NCBI GenBank assembly: GCA_964203855.1
Contig: CAXNNT010000002.1
Coordinates: forward strand, 163,844-227,843
Source: Candidatus Planktophila sp.
GTDB taxonomy: Bacteria > Actinomycetota > Actinomycetes > Nanopelagicales > Nanopelagicaceae
Direction: 5' to 3'
DNA length: 64,000 nucleotides
Shown here: positions 9,296 to 19,174 of the stretch, piece after piece
Layout of the letters: each line of letters begins with the position of its first letter
How positions within the stretch are numbered: the first letter of the stretch is position 1
Made by a program: the position numbers and the translations under genes
Notes under the pieces: model-generated
Databases searched by the model: none
What the model was told of the DNA's origin: nothing
What the model saw: only the letters and a program-made list of their open reading frames with translations

Positions 9296-11168
9296 CCGAC
9301 TCGGAAGTTGAACTGTTCCACTCCACAATACTTCTTGCGATGTTCTGAGCGGTGATTCCGAGATCGTTCATAATTTCCGAACGTTTTGAGTGCTCAATGA
9401 ATTCAAGTGGAATTCCAATTGAATGAATCGGCGTAGTTAAACCTGCATCACGGAACATTTCAGATATTGAGCTTGCAATACCACCATGCTTAATTCCATC
9501 TTCTAGGACAACCACGCTCTTATACCTTTGAGCAATCGTCACAAGTGCACTAGGAAGCGGCTTTACCCAACGCGGATCAATAACGGTTACGCCAACGCCT
9601 TCGCGATAAGCCATTGATGCAGCCTCCACCGCAATCGCAGCCATGGCACCGATACTTACCAAAAGTACATCTGCACTTTCCCCACGATAAAGAACATCTA
9701 TGCCATTGCGACGTTCAAACGCTGGAATATCACTTTGTACCGCTCCCTTGGGAAAACGAACCATAGATGGAGCATCAGAGATTGTTACCGCCTCACGTAA
9801 TACTTCGCGCAGACGGGATGCATCACGTGGTGCGGCTACATGCATTGTTGGAACAATCCCAGTCAGCGCAAGATCCCAAATACCGTGGTGCGAAGGTCCA
9901 TCATCTCCAGTGATTCCAGCTCTATCCAGTACAAAAGTTACGCCGGCCTTGTGCAGTGCAACGTCCAAAAGTAATTGATCAAAGGCGCGATTCAAAAAGG
10001 TGGAATAGAGCGCGACCACTGGATGTAAACCTGCATAAGCCATGCCTGCTGCACTGGTCACGGCATGTTGTTCGGCGATACCAACATCAATCGTGCGATT
10101 TGGAAACTCTTTTTCAAAGGCAGCCAAACCAGTTGGTCCGAGCATGGCTGCCGTAATTGCGACTATATCTTCTCGCTCACGGGCGATTTCAATTAGCTCT
10201 TCTGAGAAAACTTTCGTCCAGCTTGTGGCGCTCTTTGACAGAGGCGCACCTGTTGCCGGATCAACTATGCCAACGGCGTGAAACTTCTCTGCTTCATCAT
10301 CCATCGCAGGTTTATGGCCACGCCCTTTTTCAGTAATCGCATGGATCAATACAGGTTCACCAAAAACTTTAGCCTTCTGCAACGCTTTCTCCATGGCAGA
10401 TATGTCATGACCATCGATTGGTCCCATGTATTTAAGGCCCAGATCTTCGAACATGCCTTGTGGAGCGACAATATCTTTAATACCTTTTTTAACGCCGTGT
10501 AGCGTTTCATATATCGGAGTTCCGATAACCGGAGTCTTATGCAGAACATCTTTACCCCAGTCAAGAAAACGCTCATAACCACGTGTAACGCGCAAAGTTG
10601 ATAAGTAAGTGGCCAAGCCACCAATTGTTGGCGAATAAGAACGTTCGTTATCGTTGACAATAATTATCAAATTACGAACTTCGGTTGCTGCAATATTGTT
10701 TAGTGCTTCCCAAGACATGCCACCAGTAAGTGCGCCATCGCCTACGACCACGACTACGTGGCGATCGGTCTGACCAGTTTGCGCGAAACCATAGGAAATC
10801 CCGTCGCCCCAAGAAAGCGCGGTTGAAGCATGCGAATTCTCAATAACATCGTGTTCGCTCTCGCTGCGATTTGGGTAACCTGCGATTCCACCACGTTGGC
10901 GCAGGCCATCAAAATCTGCCGCACGCCCCGTAAGTATTTTATGAACATAGGACTGGTGACCAGTATCAAAGAGCACAACATCGCGCGGGGAATCAAAGAT
11001 GCGATGAATCGCCAGCGTTAATTCAACAACGCCCAGGTTAGGGCCTAAATGTCCACCAGTCTTTGAAACTTTTTCAATCAAGAAATGGCGAATTTCTTCA
11101 CTTAAGGAAATTAGTTGAGCGCTATCCAAAGCCTTAACATCGGCAGGACTCTTAATTGACTCAAGCAT
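9237..11168 (-). CDS. dxs: 1-deoxy-D-xylulose-5-phosphate synthase
   Basis: GGHLGPNLG, DTGHQSY, GDGALTGG, IAEQHA and DRAG motifs. Confidence 0.97.
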   Translation of the reverse strand: MLESIKSPADVKALDSAQLISLSEEIRHFLIEKVSKTGGHLGPNLGVVELTLAIHRIFDSPRDVVLFDTGHQSYVHKILTGRAADFDGLRQRGGIAGYPNRSESEHDVIENSHASTALSWGDGISYGFAQTGQTDRHVVVVVGDGALTGGMSWEALNNIAATEVRNLIIIVNDNERSYSPTIGGLATYLSTLRVTRGYERFLDWGKDVLHKTPVIGTPIYETLHGVKKGIKDIVAPQGMFEDLGLKYMGPIDGHDISAMEKALQKAKVFGEPVLIHAITEKGRGHKPAMDDEAEKFHAVGIVDPATGAPLSKSATSWTKVFSEELIEIAREREDIVAITAAMLGPTGLAAFEKEFPNRTIDVGIAEQHAVTSAAGMAYAGLHPVVALYSTFLNRAFDQLLLDVALHKAGVTFVLDRAGITGDDGPSHHGIWDLALTGIVPTMHVAAPRDASRLREVLREAVTISDAPSMVRFPKGAVQSDIPAFERRNGIDVLYRGESADVLLVSIGAMAAIAVEAASMAYREGVGVTVIDPRWVKPLPSALVTIAQRYKSVVVLEDGIKHGGIASSISEMFRDAGLTTPIHSIGIPLEFIEHSKRSEIMNDLGITAQNIARSIVEWNSSTSESAMEEMQSPARENVDRKQQR

Positions 11169-11226
11169 GGCCCAAGTCTAGTTTGCGATCTCTTTTTTCG
11201 CGATATTTATGCGAGCAACGGCAAGA

Positions 11227-11286
11227 TCTTCACGCCATTACTGAAGTAATTGGCTATTTCTTCGCGCCATTACTGAAGTAATTGGC
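11227..11286. repeat. 28-bp tandem duplication (1 mismatch) of the acnA 3' end
   Basis: tcttc[a/g]cgccattactgaagtaattggc at 11227-11254 and 11259-11286, 4-nt spacer. Confidence 0.9.
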
Positions 11287-13927
11287 GGAGCACATACTGC
11301 ATGATCCCGCCATGGCGATAATAATCACCTTCACCTGGCGTATCGATGCGCACCTTTGCAGTGAAAGTCTTATCCCCCGCTGTAACGGTTACCAATTTAG
11401 GAATTCCACCGTTGTTCAATTCGGTTATTCCAGATATCGCAAAAATTTCATCGCCAGTTAGGCCAAGTGATTTTGCACTTTCACCATCATTAAATTGAAG
11501 AGGGAGCACTCCCATACCGATTAGGTTTGAACGGTGGATACGTTCGAAGCTTTCTGCAATGACGGCTCGCACACCAAGAAGTGCCGTGCCTTTGGCAGCC
11601 CAGTCACGAGAGGAGCCAGAACCATATTCTTTGCCGGCCAAGATAACTAACGCAACGCCTGCACTTTGATAGGCCATTGATGCATCGTAAATAGTTTCTT
11701 GACTACCACCATTTAGGAAGTTTCGCGTAAATCCGCCTTCTACTCCATCTAATAACAAATTCTTTAAGCGGATATTGGCGAAAGTTCCACGAATCATTAC
11801 TTCGTGGTTGCCGCGACGAGACCCGTAAGAGTTGAAATCAGCGCGAGCTACGTTGTGCGCTTCCAAATATTTACCAGCTGGAGAATCGGCTCGAATATTT
11901 CCAGCCGGAGAAATGTGATCTGTTGTTACTGAATCTCCCAAGATTGCCAGAACGCGTGCTCCGGAAATATCAGTGACCGGCGTTGGATTTGCTGGCATGC
12001 CATCAAAGTAAGGCGGTTTGCGAACATAAGTTGACTGCGCATCCCACTCAAAAGTTTTTCCAGTGGGCGTATCTAGCGACCTCCAGCGGTGATCGCCATC
12101 GAAGACCGTTGCATAATCTTTCTTAAACATTTCAGATGAAATTGAAGAGTCAATTACTTCTTGAATCTCTTTCGCACTTGGCCAAATTTCAGCTAAAAGA
12201 ACTTCTTTGCCATCTTTATCGGTTCCAAGTGAATCTTTTTCGAAGTCATGGTTCATTGTTCCAGCCAGTGCATAAGCTACAACTAGCGGAGGTGAAGCGA
12301 GGTAGTTCATCTTCACATCAGGGCTAATGCGACCTTCAAAGTTTCGGTTGCCTGAAAGCACAGCTGTTACCGCTAAGTCGTGCTCGTTAACTGACTTGCT
12401 GATCTCTATTGGCAACGGTCCCGAGTTGCCGATACAAGTTACGCAGCCATAACCAACTAAGTTAAAACCGAGCGCTTCCATATATTGAGTAAGCCCTGCA
12501 CGGTCGTAGTAATCAGTAACTACCTTTGATCCAGGCGCAAGCGTTGTCTTTACCCATGGCTTGGATGTAAGTCCACGTTCCACAGCCTTCTTAGCAAGTA
12601 GCGCGGCACCGATCATTACTGATGGGTTTGAAGTATTTGTGCAAGATGTAATCGATGCGATTACAACATCACCATTTTTAATTGTTGTGGCTTTACTTCC
12701 AACGTTTACGGGATAAGCCTCTTTGCCAGTCTTATCCGTAAAGTAAGTAGGCAGAACTTTTTCAAATGAACTCTTTGATGCGGTCAGTGAAATGCGATCT
12801 TGCGGACGTTTTGGTCCGGAAATTGAAGGAACCACTGTCGAAAGATCTAGTTCGATATGTTCTGAAAAACGAGGTGTCGCAGATGGGTCGTGCCACATTC
12901 CTTGCGCCTTCGCGTATTGCTCAACAAGTGCAATCTGATCAGCACTGCGTCCGGTCAATCGTAAGTAATTCAAAGTTTCGTCATCGATTGGGAAGATCGC
13001 GCAAGTTGAGCCGTATTCGGGGCTCATGTTTCCGATCGTTGTGCGATTGGCCATTGGTACCGAGACCACACCTGGACCATAAAATTCCACAAACTTTCCA
13101 ACTACGCCGTGCTTTCGCAAGATCTCAGTAATTGTTAGCGCCATATCTGTTGCAGTTGTTCCGACAGGAAGTGAACCGCTTAATTTAAATCCGACAACGC
13201 GTGGAATCAACATCGATACTGGCTGACCAAGCAAGGCAGCTTCGGCTTCGATTCCGCCTACGCCCCAGCCAAGAACGCCAAGTCCGTTAACCATAGTTGT
13301 GTGCGAATCGGTACCAACGACCGTATCTGGATAAGCGCGTAAAACTCCGTTTACCGAACGAGTCATAACAACTCGCGCCAAGTATTCGATATTTACCTGG
13401 TGAACAATTCCGGTGCCCGGTGGAACAACTTTAAATTCATCAAATGCGCTTTGGCCCCATCGCAAGAAGCGGTAACGCTCGCGGTTGCGTTCGTATTCGA
13501 TATCTGTGTTCTTCTCGAATGAATCCTTGGTCCCGAAAACATCTGCAATTACTGAGTGGTCGATAACGAGTTCAGCGGGTGCCAGTGGGTTAACTTTTGC
13601 TGGGTCTCCCCCAAGATCAACGATCGCCTCACGCATAGTGGCTAAATCAACGATGCAAGGAACTCCTGTGAAATCTTGCATGATGACGCGAGCTGGCGTG
13701 AATTGAATTTCGGTATCGGGTTCAACTGACGGATCCCATTGCGCCAACGCCTTTATATGTTCGGCGGTGATATTTGCGCCATCTTCTGTGCGAAGTAAAT
13801 TTTCTAGAAGCACTTTGAGTGAGAACGGTAGGTTGGTTGCGCCTTCGACTTTTGAGATATCAAATATTTCAAAATCTTTGCCGGCAACGTTTAAATTCTT
13901 CTTGGCGCCTAACGAATTCTTACTCAT
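11270..13927 (-). CDS. acnA: Aconitate hydratase A
   Basis: [35 protein letters not shown] and [10 protein letters not shown] motifs. Confidence 0.98.
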   Translation of the reverse strand: MSKNSLGAKKNLNVAGKDFEIFDISKVEGATNLPFSLKVLLENLLRTEDGANITAEHIKALAQWDPSVEPDTEIQFTPARVIMQDFTGVPCIVDLATMREAIVDLGGDPAKVNPLAPAELVIDHSVIADVFGTKDSFEKNTDIEYERNRERYRFLRWGQSAFDEFKVVPPGTGIVHQVNIEYLARVVMTRSVNGVLRAYPDTVVGTDSHTTMVNGLGVLGWGVGGIEAEAALLGQPVSMLIPRVVGFKLSGSLPVGTTATDMALTITEILRKHGVVGKFVEFYGPGVVSVPMANRTTIGNMSPEYGSTCAIFPIDDETLNYLRLTGRSADQIALVEQYAKAQGMWHDPSATPRFSEHIELDLSTVVPSISGPKRPQDRISLTASKSSFEKVLPTYFTDKTGKEAYPVNVGSKATTIKNGDVVIASITSCTNTSNPSVMIGAALLAKKAVERGLTSKPWVKTTLAPGSKVVTDYYDRAGLTQYMEALGFNLVGYGCVTCIGNSGPLPIEISKSVNEHDLAVTAVLSGNRNFEGRISPDVKMNYLASPPLVVAYALAGTMNHDFEKDSLGTDKDGKEVLLAEIWPSAKEIQEVIDSSISSEMFKKDYATVFDGDHRWRSLDTPTGKTFEWDAQSTYVRKPPYFDGMPANPTPVTDISGARVLAILGDSVTTDHISPAGNIRADSPAGKYLEAHNVARADFNSYGSRRGNHEVMIRGTFANIRLKNLLLDGVEGGFTRNFLNGGSQETIYDASMAYQSAGVALVILAGKEYGSGSSRDWAAKGTALLGVRAVIAESFERIHRSNLIGMGVLPLQFNDGESAKSLGLTGDEIFAISGITELNNGGIPKLVTVTAGDKTFTAKVRIDTPGEGDYYRHGGIMQYVLRQLLQ

Positions 13928-13947
13928 ATAAATTCCTTAACTCATTT

Positions 13948-13965
13948 TATCTTGACGTCAAGATA
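13948..13965. promoter_or_regulatory. Perfect 18-bp palindrome upstream of acnA, TamR/UrtR (MarR family)-type operator
   Basis: TATCTTGACGTCAAGATA 20 nt before the acnA ATG; overlaps the upstream gene's stop codon. Confidence 0.75.
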
Positions 13966-15196
13966 CCTTAGATGGGGTAAATAAGGCAACAGATTCGATG
14001 TGGTGTGTCATTGGGAAAAGGTCGAATGCGCGCATTTTCTGCAATTTATATCCCGCTTCCCCCAAGTAAGTTGTATCTCGCGCTAAGGCGGCGGGATCGC
14101 AAGCAATGTAAACAATGGATCTTGGCTTCAGGGCAACCATCGCGGTAACTACATCTTTACCCGCGCCTTCGCGCGGTGGATCAAGAACAATTACATCTGC
14201 CTTAGAAAAACGCGGTAGTAGCTTTGCTACATCACCTGTATGGACAGAAACATTTTGGAAATTGGCAAAATTGCGCATGGCATCAGCGGTCGCACTCTTG
14301 CTGCCCTCAACTAGGTCAACGCTTCCAGCATCTCCAACCGTTTCTAGAAATTGTGAAGTGAACAGGCCAACTCCCCCATATAGATCAAGAACTTTGTCGC
14401 CTAGCTGCAATTTTGCATATTCTAAAACTGCTTTAGTCAGAACCGTGGGGGCCAACTTATGACTCTGCCAAAAAGATCGCTGCGAAACTTCTAAGGCAAA
14501 TCCATTTACCTCATACTTTCCAACATCAGGGCCTTCGCTTGTGCGTACCGGTGTGTCATCTCGCGAGTATCCCGTCGCAATTGTGCGTTCTCCGGTTGAA
14601 GAAAGCGAAACTTCAACTCGTAGATCGCCTTTCCAGCGCCTGCCACTAAGTTCTTGATATTTCACTTCAGGTGAAAGGATTCGGCAATCACTTACTGGTA
14701 CTACCTTGTTGCTGCGTGCCTGCTTGAAACCCAAATCTCCGTTGCGCGTTGTCACGGCGTTAAATCGAGTTCGATAGCCAAGGGCAACACCGACTTCTTC
14801 AACTTCAACTTCGATATCTTGTTTTGCAATTCTCGAGAATTGTTCGGTGATTACCTCACTCTTTAATTGACGTTGACGTGGCAGAGAAATATGTTGAAAA
14901 TCGCATCCCCCGCAACCTGCGCGATGCGCAAATTGACACGGTGCACTGACGCGATCGGGCGATGCTGTAATTACTGAAACAACATCGGCTCGATTAAATG
15001 AACTTCCAGTACCGGTGATTTCTATTTCTACCTCTTCGCCCGGAATTCCGTGGCGTACAAATATCACCGCGCCCAGATGCCGAACAATGAAGTGGCCACG
15101 ATGTGCCACTTTTTCAACAGTGACAACAAAACGATCTCCCACCGCGAGTTCAACACGATCCGCAAAATTTCGCTGGTTAGCCTCTTTTGATGTCAT
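13958..15196 (-). CDS. TRAM-domain RNA (uracil-5)-methyltransferase, RlmD/TrmA family
   Basis: N-terminal TRAM, CxxxxxxxCGGC cluster, LDLYGGVG, LDPPR, YIACDPAALARD, DLFPMTHHIE. Confidence 0.92.
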   Translation of the reverse strand: MTSKEANQRNFADRVELAVGDRFVVTVEKVAHRGHFIVRHLGAVIFVRHGIPGEEVEIEITGTGSSFNRADVVSVITASPDRVSAPCQFAHRAGCGGCDFQHISLPRQRQLKSEVITEQFSRIAKQDIEVEVEEVGVALGYRTRFNAVTTRNGDLGFKQARSNKVVPVSDCRILSPEVKYQELSGRRWKGDLRVEVSLSSTGERTIATGYSRDDTPVRTSEGPDVGKYEVNGFALEVSQRSFWQSHKLAPTVLTKAVLEYAKLQLGDKVLDLYGGVGLFTSQFLETVGDAGSVDLVEGSKSATADAMRNFANFQNVSVHTGDVAKLLPRFSKADVIVLDPPREGAGKDVVTAMVALKPRSIVYIACDPAALARDTTYLGEAGYKLQKMRAFDLFPMTHHIESVALFTPSKVS

Positions 15197-15228
15197 AAAG
15201 CCAAGCCTAAGGGGGTAGTGTTGACCTT

Positions 15229-15894
15229 GTGCACGTTGTGATCATGGGATGCGGTCGAGTTGGCTCTTCTTTAGCCACCGAACTTGAAGCCGCTGGACAT
15301 TCAGTTGCGATTATTGATCAATCTCGCGAAGCTTTTCGTCGCCTCGGTCCTGACTTTAAAGGTCGCACCATTTCAGGCGTAGGTTTTGATCGCGATACTT
15401 TGCTCGAAGCTGGAATCGAAACTGCTGATGCCTTCGCAGCGGTCAGCAATGGAGATAACTCAAATATTTTGGCAGCTCGAGTCGCTCGCGAGACTTATGG
15501 CGTTGCAAATGTGGTTGCTCGAATTTACGATCCAGGTCGCGCCGAAATTTATCAGCGTCTTGGTATTCCAACCGTTGCCACAGTTATTTGGGCAACAGAT
15601 CAAATTTTGCGTCGCCTTGTTCCTGAAGGATCACGTTCTGAATGGCGCGATGCCAGCGGGTCAATTCAACTTTGCGAGATGCATCCTCATAAAGACTGGT
15701 TTGGCTCACCAATTGCAGATCTGGAAGAAACCACTGGAACTCGTGTTGCCTTTATTACTCGATTGGGTGAAGGACTGATTCCGGATACCCACACGGTTCT
15801 GCAAGAAGGCGATCTAGTTCACGTAACTGTGCGCGATGAAGATATTGCCAAGGTTGAAGAAATTTTGGCGCGCTCTCCGGAGGATCATTCATGA
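15229..15894 (+). CDS. trkA: TrkA family potassium uptake regulatory (RCK) protein, CeoB-like
   Basis: VIMGCGRVG Rossmann motif, TrkA-N and TrkA-C domains. Confidence 0.9.
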   Translation: MHVVIMGCGRVGSSLATELEAAGHSVAIIDQSREAFRRLGPDFKGRTISGVGFDRDTLLEAGIETADAFAAVSNGDNSNILAARVARETYGVANVVARIYDPGRAEIYQRLGIPTVATVIWATDQILRRLVPEGSRSEWRDASGSIQLCEMHPHKDWFGSPIADLEETTGTRVAFITRLGEGLIPDTHTVLQEGDLVHVTVRDEDIAKVEEILARSPEDHS

Positions 15895-16550
15895 GAATTG
15901 CTATTGCAGGAGCCGGAAATGTTGGTCGTGCTATTGCGCGTGAACTTTTAGATAACGGTCACCAAGTACTTCTTATCGATCGCGATCCGAAAGCGCTCAA
16001 AATGGAATCTGTTCCGGATGCTGAATGGTTGATGGCTGATGCATGTGAGATAACTGCGCTGGACAAAGCCGTTCTAAATAATTGTCAGGTTTTAGTTGCC
16101 GCTACCGGTGATGACAAAGTTAATTTAGTTGCATCTTTACTTGCCAAGACAGAATATGGCGTCCCACGTGTTGTTGCGCGTATTAACCATCCAAAGAATG
16201 AATGGCTATTTGATTCTTCATGGGGCGTAGATGTTGCGGTATCAACTCCCAGAATAATTTCTGCCCTCGTTGAAGAAGCGGTAAGCGTCGGCGATGTTGT
16301 TCGCTTATTCTCATTCCGTAAAGGCCAAGCCAACTTGGTCGAGTTAACGCTGCCTGATACATCTAGCTGTATCGGAAAGACAGTTGAAGAAATTGAGCTT
16401 CCTGATGACGCCTCGCTTGCAGCCATAGTTCGCGATGGACGGGTAATTACACCGACTCCGACAGATGTTTTCAGCGCAGGTGACGAACTTCTATTTGTCG
16501 CTTCAACAACTGCTGAAGGGCTAATTAAGTCCTGCTTTATCGCGGGCTAA
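15891..16550 (+). CDS. TrkA family RCK protein, CeoC-like
   Basis: IAGAGNVG, ATGDDKVNL, WGVDVAVSTP motifs. Confidence 0.9.
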   Translation: MRIAIAGAGNVGRAIARELLDNGHQVLLIDRDPKALKMESVPDAEWLMADACEITALDKAVLNNCQVLVAATGDDKVNLVASLLAKTEYGVPRVVARINHPKNEWLFDSSWGVDVAVSTPRIISALVEEAVSVGDVVRLFSFRKGQANLVELTLPDTSSCIGKTVEEIELPDDASLAAIVRDGRVITPTPTDVFSAGDELLFVASTTAEGLIKSCFIAG

Positions 16551-16569
16551 CTACTTTATTGCTCGCTAA

Positions 16570-17202
16570 CTAATTGGGTAACTTAGTTGTTGGCACGCTC
16601 TTTAAAATCATCCACGAACCATAAGCCGTTGCCAAAAACAGTGGATATCCCATCGCAAGATTTACAGTCCCGAGTAAATTCACATTTCCGCTTCTGTAAA
16701 TTGGATACTGCACCGCAATTCTCGTAAAGAACATCAAAACCCAGAGCCAGCTCGCTCGCTTATAGGCGCGGGCACGCGCAGGATCTTTGCGCCAAGTTAA
16801 GTTCTCTCCCAATATCGGACCTAGAAGAAGACCTAATATCGGCCAACCTGCCAGATTTGCAATCAAGTAAACGCTTCCGTAACCAAGATTTGTAAGTAGC
16901 TTCGGAATATATAGATCACTTGCATTTCCAGTTCGATTAGCGAACCAAGCACAAATTAGCGAACCAATTAGCCCCGAGATTGCATGTTGAATAGTGTCGC
17001 GCTTGGCAAGACGAATAATTGTTAACGTAGCTGAAACGATAAGAGAAGCGATCAACGCTTGACGAAGATCATCAGCAACGTTAAAGGCAACAAGAAATAC
17101 TATCGATGGTATTCCCGAATCGATTAAGCCTTTCTTGCCACCAAAAGCTGACAGGACTTTATCTTTATCAGCGCCTTCTCCTGCGCTTGGTATTTGGCTC
17201 AT
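16570..17202 (-). CDS. DUF3159 family membrane protein
   Basis: GGKKGLIDS, WPILG and VQYPIY motifs; synteny between trkA pair and dut. Confidence 0.8.
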   Translation of the reverse strand: MSQIPSAGEGADKDKVLSAFGGKKGLIDSGIPSIVFLVAFNVADDLRQALIASLIVSATLTIIRLAKRDTIQHAISGLIGSLICAWFANRTGNASDLYIPKLLTNLGYGSVYLIANLAGWPILGLLLGPILGENLTWRKDPARARAYKRASWLWVLMFFTRIAVQYPIYRSGNVNLLGTVNLAMGYPLFLATAYGSWMILKSVPTTKLPN

Positions 17203-17639
17203 CATCTTCCGGTTGATCCAAATCCACCTGTGCCGCGACCGGATCCCGGTAAATTTTCTACTTCAACAAATTCCGCGCGCTCTACTTGTTGGATAACTAA
17301 TTGCGCAATGCGGTCTCCACGTTTAAAGGTAACGCTCTCTTTAGGATCGTGATTAATCAGAATAACTTGCAACTCACCACGGTAGCCGGCATCAACAGTT
17401 CCTGGAGCATTGACCATAGTCACGCCGTGTTTAATTGCTAGCCCAGATCGCGGATGGACGAGTGCAACATAACCATTAGGTAGTGCAATCGAGATTCCAG
17501 TTGGTACCAACGCGCGTTCCCCGGGAGCCAAAGTCACATCAACCCGAGCTACCAAATCAGCCCCAGCATCTCCGCCTTTGGCGTAATTTGGCAACGGCAG
17601 GTCAGGATCTAAGCGAGTAACCAGAACTTTTACGCCCAT
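17202..17639 (-). CDS. dut: dUTP diphosphatase
   Basis: [28 protein letters not shown] and [10 protein letters not shown] motifs. Confidence 0.97.
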   Translation of the reverse strand: MGVKVLVTRLDPDLPLPNYAKGGDAGADLVARVDVTLAPGERALVPTGISIALPNGYVALVHPRSGLAIKHGVTMVNAPGTVDAGYRGELQVILINHDPKESVTFKRGDRIAQLVIQQVERAEFVEVENLPGSGRGTGGFGSTGR

Positions 17640-18223
17640 TATGGATTGATCTCAAATTCAGGATCCACAAATGCCAGGATCTCTGGGGTTTTTGCAATGT
17701 GTTCCAAATATTCTTTCGGAGCATTTTCCAAGAAGTGCGACATCGGAACAACTACAAATAGCGCTGCAGCCTTAACAGCAATTTCACCGTCGGCACCGCC
17801 GAGACGTCCTTCGGCAGCGGTGTAAACCTTGCGATTAATCTGGCCAGTAATTCGCGCAGTTATGTGAAGTGTTGTTCCCATCGGTACTGGTTTTAGAAAA
17901 TCAGTTTCTAAACGCGCTGTTACTGCGGGAGCGCGAATCAGCCACATCAATTTTCCCAGCGCTTCATCAAATGCGAGTGATAACAAACCGCCGTGCGCTA
18001 AACCTGGAGCACCTTGATGATTTTCAGTAACCGTGAACTCTGCCGTTAAATCTGCACCTGCCCCCGCGTGTGCAACTAAATGTAATCCGGTTGGGTGCAA
18101 TTCACCGCAACCAAAGCAATGACCGAAGTGAGATGGAATTTTCGTTCCGATCTCGGGAGCTTTCGGATGGCGATCCGGAATGATCGCTCCTTCTGGAGGC
18201 GTGGTGCTTGCTACTCGACTCAT
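17639..18223 (-). CDS. PaaI family thioesterase
   Basis: CFGCG and [11 protein letters not shown]...FDE hotdog-fold motifs. Confidence 0.85.
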   Translation of the reverse strand: MSRVASTTPPEGAIIPDRHPKAPEIGTKIPSHFGHCFGCGELHPTGLHLVAHAGAGADLTAEFTVTENHQGAPGLAHGGLLSLAFDEALGKLMWLIRAPAVTARLETDFLKPVPMGTTLHITARITGQINRKVYTAAEGRLGGADGEIAVKAAALFVVVPMSHFLENAPKEYLEHIAKTPEILAFVDPEFEINP

Positions 18224-18254
18224 GCGCACACTTTACTTGATCTAGACTGCGATG

Positions 18255-18690
18255 GTGATATTCACAGAAGTGCTCCGCCCGCCTATCTGGGTGCTCGCCT
18301 TTATTTATTTCATGTTTCTATCACTCGTAATCGCAATCTGGGCCGCCTTAGACTCAACTTCGACGATGGTTGCTTTCGTCGTTGCAACGCTAGCAATCCC
18401 AGTTATCGCCAAATCCTTAACCTCAAAAATTCAAGTAGATCAGAATGAGTTGCGCATAGATAAGGCCCACATTGAACTTAAGTACTTAGGAAAAGCTACG
18501 GTCTATGGATTCCGATGCGATGCGCTTGTTGCGTACGCGAGATGCTGATCCTGCAGCGTTCTTGGCGATTAAATTCTGGGCTTCCAAGGGAATCAAAATT
18601 GAAGTCAATGATCCACGCGATTCGACACCTTATTGGCTAATAACGAGCAAACGCGGCGAGAAGCTCGCCGCGTTGCTTACAAAACAATAA
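18255..18690 (+). CDS. DUF3093 family membrane protein (apparent frameshift near 18505)
   Basis: Two TM helices, ADPAAF and DPRDSTPYWL motifs; synteny with dut and DUF4193. Confidence 0.8.
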
Positions 18691-18701
18691 TTAGATCAAC
18701 C

Positions 18702-18747
18702 GCACTCTTTGCAGACTGCTATTTTAATTGCACTCTTTGCAGACTGC
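18702..18747. repeat. 18-bp duplication of the DUF4193 gene 3' end
   Basis: gcactctttgcagactgc at 18702-18719 and 18730-18747. Confidence 0.88.
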
Positions 18748-19020
18748 CTTGGCTCCCTCACCCTTTGCAAGTTGAGTTATGTGATGCACCAAGAAACAAC
18801 GTGAACAAGTAAATTCATCTGTTTGTTTTGGAACTACTCGGACTGCAAGTTCTTCGCCAGATAAATCTGCGCCAGGAAGTTCAAGATTTTCTGCCGCCTC
18901 TGCTTCATCGACATCAATCTGCCCGGATTGAGCATCGACACGCTTTGCCTTTAACTCTTCTAGCGACTCCTCGTGGAGTTCCTCATCCGTTTTTCTGGGG
19001 GTGTCGTAATCTGTTGCCAC
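18724..19020 (-). CDS. DUF4193 family protein
   Basis: MATDYDTPRK, LPGADLSGEEL, EFTCSRCFLVHH, CKEC; GTG start with GAGGTG RBS. Confidence 0.9.
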   Translation of the reverse strand: MATDYDTPRKTDEELHEESLEELKAKRVDAQSGQIDVDEAEAAENLELPGADLSGEELAVRVVPKQTDEFTCSRCFLVHHITQLAKGEGAKAVCKECN

Positions 19021-19174
19021 TGCTCTCACCTCACTTCCACTTATAAAAGCCACATCTCGATTGAGAAAGGCTGAACGGGCGCATACTCGCGCATTTACCC
19101 GATATTAGTTGTTACAACCTGCGGCGTGTCGCAGATATTCCCGCTTTTCTAAGGTGATTTGCGCACCCAAGGCT

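Noticed and set aside
11227-11286. Mini CRISPR array (palindromic 28-bp repeat)
   Set aside because: Only two copies, a 4-nt spacer, one copy is coding sequence, and no cas genes.
16546-16572. gctaacta repeated at the trkA/DUF3159 junction as a third duplicated gene end
   Set aside because: Only 8 bp and lacks the AAATAGC junction; could be chance.
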